Shown here piece by piece: positions 61,673 through 64,000 of a stretch of DNA of 64,000 bases. Position 1 is the first letter of the stretch. Each line of letters begins with the position of its first letter. Source of the DNA: Bordetella parapertussis. GTDB lineage: Bacteria; Pseudomonadota; Gammaproteobacteria; Burkholderiales; SG8-39. The translations under genes were made by a program, and so were the position numbers. The notes under the pieces are model-generated. The model was not told the origin of the DNA. It ran no database searches and worked only from the letters and a program-made list of their open reading frames with translations. The DNA is taken from positions 7,540-71,539 of the forward strand of contig CAMAWC010000007.1 in assembly GCA_945861875.1 (NCBI GenBank). Reading direction: 5' to 3'.

Positions 61673-63139
61673 TTGCAGCCCATGATCTCACCAAATAGCG
61701 CGCAACTTTCGCCCTCCGCCTTGGCCGCACGCGACGGCGGCGGCCTTGCGTACCAGGCAGAGGTGCGGCCGCCGCGGCCTGTCGCGGGCTTCAATCTGAG
61801 CCACCGCTTTGCCGTGCTCAGCCTGCTGGTCATCGCCTTTGTCAGCCTGGCATCGTCGGCCGTCCTGTCGAAATTCCTTGCCAAGACGATGTTGCACCGT
61901 GATGCCGAGGTGTCGATGCAGTTCGTGCAGAACTTCACGCAGCAACAAAACGCAGAGGGCTATTTCAGGCACCAGTCCGGTCGTAGCGCCTCGGACCGCA
62001 GCATTGAAAATTATTTTTCGCACATCAGTGCCATGCCCGATGTGCTGCGGGCGCAGGTCTACGATGTCACCGGCGCCGTGCTCTGGTCGAGCAACGCCGC
62101 TTCAATCGACCAGACGTTTGCCAGCAACCCCGAATTGGACAGGGCCTTGGTCGGGGAACTCGCGGTCGAGGCCGCCATCCTCGAGTCGCGCGAATATATC
62201 AAGCCCGAACACGTCTTTTCCGCGGTTCCGGAAAAGCAGTTTGTCGAATATTACCTTCCGGTATGGGACAACACGCAGACCAGGGTGGTCGGCGTGGTTG
62301 AATTGTACAAATCACCCGATGCGCTGTTCCAGGCAATCCGCAGCGGACTGCAGCTGATATGGCTTTGCTCGTTTTGCGGCGCCATCCTGATGTACGCCGT
62401 CTTGTTCTGGCTGGTGAGGCGGGGGCAGGGAATCATCCGCCAGCAGCAGCTGCGCATCGCCAGCAGCGAGGGCTTTGCCGCGGTTGGCGAGGTTGCCGCC
62501 TCGGTGGCGCACAATATCCGCAATCCGCTTGCGGCAATCCGCTCCTCGGCCGAATTAATGGCCATCGGCGGGCAGGACCGCTCCGGCGAATTCGCCCATG
62601 ACATCATGGCCGAGGTGGACCGGCTCGAATCCTGGATCCGCAACCTGCTCAGTTACGCCCACGCCGGTACGCGTGAGCCGGGGCGCATCAGCGCCAACGA
62701 CTTGCTGCGCGGCCTGATCGATGGCATGGGCGATGACTTTGCCCGGCGCGGCGTCACTGTGGCCTTGCGCCTCGAGCCGACGGTGCCGCCGGTTGTCGTC
62801 GATGCGCTGATGCTCGATCAGATTGTGCGCACCCTGGTCGCCAATGCACTCGATGCCATGCCCGCTGGCGGGGCGCTTACCATCAGCAGCAGCCGCGCCG
62901 GTGCCGGCGGCATCCAAATCAGCGTGGCCGACACCGGCGTGGGCATCCCCGCCGAACAGCTCAAGCGCGCGTTCCTCGCCCCGCGCACCACTAAAAAACA
63001 CGGCCTGGGCATCGGCCTGCCGCTTGTCGGCCGCACCCTCGAAAGAATGGGCGGCGGCATCCACGTACGCAGCACCCACGGGCGAGGCACCAGCGTCGCC
63101 ATCACACTTCCATTCACCATCCCAGGAAAGCAATCATGA
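61673..63139 (+). CDS. Sensor histidine kinase (NtrB/AtoS-like partner of the downstream sigma54 activator)
   Basis: 488 aa. Two TM helices bracket a sensor domain of about 170 aa. H-box [18 protein letters not shown]. HATPase_c (DTGVGIP, GLGIGL). Confidence 0.88.
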   Translation: MQPMISPNSAQLSPSALAARDGGGLAYQAEVRPPRPVAGFNLSHRFAVLSLLVIAFVSLASSAVLSKFLAKTMLHRDAEVSMQFVQNFTQQQNAEGYFRHQSGRSASDRSIENYFSHISAMPDVLRAQVYDVTGAVLWSSNAASIDQTFASNPELDRALVGELAVEAAILESREYIKPEHVFSAVPEKQFVEYYLPVWDNTQTRVVGVVELYKSPDALFQAIRSGLQLIWLCSFCGAILMYAVLFWLVRRGQGIIRQQQLRIASSEGFAAVGEVAASVAHNIRNPLAAIRSSAELMAIGGQDRSGEFAHDIMAEVDRLESWIRNLLSYAHAGTREPGRISANDLLRGLIDGMGDDFARRGVTVALRLEPTVPPVVVDALMLDQIVRTLVANALDAMPAGGALTISSSRAGAGGIQISVADTGVGIPAEQLKRAFLAPRTTKKHGLGIGLPLVGRTLERMGGGIHVRSTHGRGTSVAITLPFTIPGKQS

Positions 63140-64000
63140 TATCGACCGTACTGTTGATCGAAGACGAACCCACGCTGGCAAGAAATATTTGTTTCTTCCT
63201 CGAGCGCGAAGGCTTTGCCGTCGAGATGGCCTCAAGCGGCGAGGCGGGGCTGGAAATGCTTGCGCGGTTCCGGCCCGATGTGGTGTTGCTCGATTACAGC
63301 CTGCCCGGAATCGACGGTCTCAAAGTGCTCGGCCGTATCATGGCAGCCGCGCCGAACACCCGCGTCATCATGATGACGGGCAGCGGCAGCGAGCAAATCG
63401 CGGTCAATGCATTCAAGGGCGGCGCCGCCGATTACCTGAAAAAGCCGATGGAACTGGCCGCCTTGCGGCTGGTGATCGATCGCGTGCTGCAGCGCCGGCG
63501 TACCGCGGACCTGCCCGAGGGGCTGCGCCTGACGGACAAGTTCCAGATCATGGATACCTTGCAGCGCCGGCGCAAAGGCGATCCGCTTGATGCACAGACC
63601 ACCTCATGGCAGGGAAAACTGGTCGCCGAACCGATGCATGGCGCATCCCCGCCTGCGCCGGCGCGCACGCCGTCCGCAGCGGGGGCGCCGCGCAAAAATG
63701 GCGTATCGGCGCTGGTGGGCGACTCCGCGCCGATGTTCACGCTGAAGGCGCTGATCGGCAAGATCAACGAAGCGGACCTGCAAATGTCCGGCGTTGAATC
63801 ACCCGCGGTGCTGGTCACCGGGGAGACGGGCACCGGCAAGGAACTGGTGGCGCGCGCGCTGCATTACGATGGCCGGCGCAAGGCCGGACCGTTCATTGAA
63901 CTGAACTGCGCCGGCATTCCGGCCTCCTTGCTCGAGGCCGAGTTGTTCGGCTACGAGCGCGGCGCATTTACCGACGCCAAAACAGCCAAACTCGGACTGA
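63136..64000 (+). CDS. Sigma54-dependent response regulator (NtrC family); 5' part, continues beyond the window
   Basis: Not in the ORF track because there is no stop in the window. Manual translation from the ATG at 63136 (ATGA overlap with the kinase stop) gives [27 protein letters not shown]...[11 protein letters not shown] (REC), then an unusually long Pro/Ala-rich linker, then GDSAPM...[19 protein letters not shown]...[13 protein letters not shown] (AAA+ sigma54 interaction domain). Confidence 0.9.
   Translation, partial: MISTVLLIEDEPTLARNICFFLEREGFAVEMASSGEAGLEMLARFRPDVVLLDYSLPGIDGLKVLGRIMAAAPNTRVIMMTGSGSEQIAVNAFKGGAADYLKKPMELAALRLVIDRVLQRRRTADLPEGLRLTDKFQIMDTLQRRRKGDPLDAQTTSWQGKLVAEPMHGASPPAPARTPSAAGAPRKNGVSALVGDSAPMFTLKALIGKINEADLQMSGVESPAVLVTGETGTGKELVARALHYDGRRKAGPFIELNCAGIPASLLEAELFGYERGAFTDAKTAKLGL

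Overview
High-GC chromosomal window with betaproteobacterial-type gene content and synteny (Bug/TctC binding proteins; trmJ-cysE-iscRSUA-hscBA-fdx-iscX; suhB divergent from trmJ). I found no rRNA, tRNA, CRISPR array, integrase or transposase. The window has three zones. (1) 1-9 kb holds the tail of a LivG/LivF-type ABC system and an unassigned catabolic cluster: two Bug binding proteins, a split ThDP decarboxylase, a cyclase-family hydrolase, an ACAD-fold flavin monooxygenase, a VOC protein and an FAD aromatic hydroxylase. (2) 9.5-39.3 kb is housekeeping: ispDF, mfd, serB, adenosine deaminase with a BMP-type nucleoside ABC importer, the complete isc operon with two IscR boxes, cysE, trmJ, suhB, a TPR/GT41 protein and a five-gene peptide/nickel-type ABC importer. 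(3) 39.5-64 kb is a dense signalling island: a frame-broken CheB-CheR-PAS fusion coupled to a PAS kinase, an EAL protein, two hemerythrins, REC-HD-GYP, a roughly 1880-aa hybrid kinase, a MASE3-like/PAS/GAF-like protein with no output domain, an MshEN-motif protein translationally coupled to a divergent class III cyclase-like protein, an MFS transporter, and a kinase / sigma54-activator pair that runs off the window. Almost every intergenic spacer, including spacers inside operons, is filled with modular palindromic repeats that share GTCATTSC...GSAATGAC ends. Most interesting observations: (a) a minimal GIY-YIG nuclease cassette sits exactly in the apical loop of one copy of a composite palindromic repeat, within a tandem array of gene-less copies, so it may be the autonomous partner of the repeats; (b) the MshEN x3 plus cyclase-homology two-gene cassette; (c) a diverged tandem duplication of the iscS 3' end forms a 39-codon ORF coupled to iscS, with a strong hairpin between iscS and iscU; (d) two signalling genes have frame breaks. 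Coordinates taken from the ORF track are exact. Repeat boundaries were counted by eye and may be off by a few bases.
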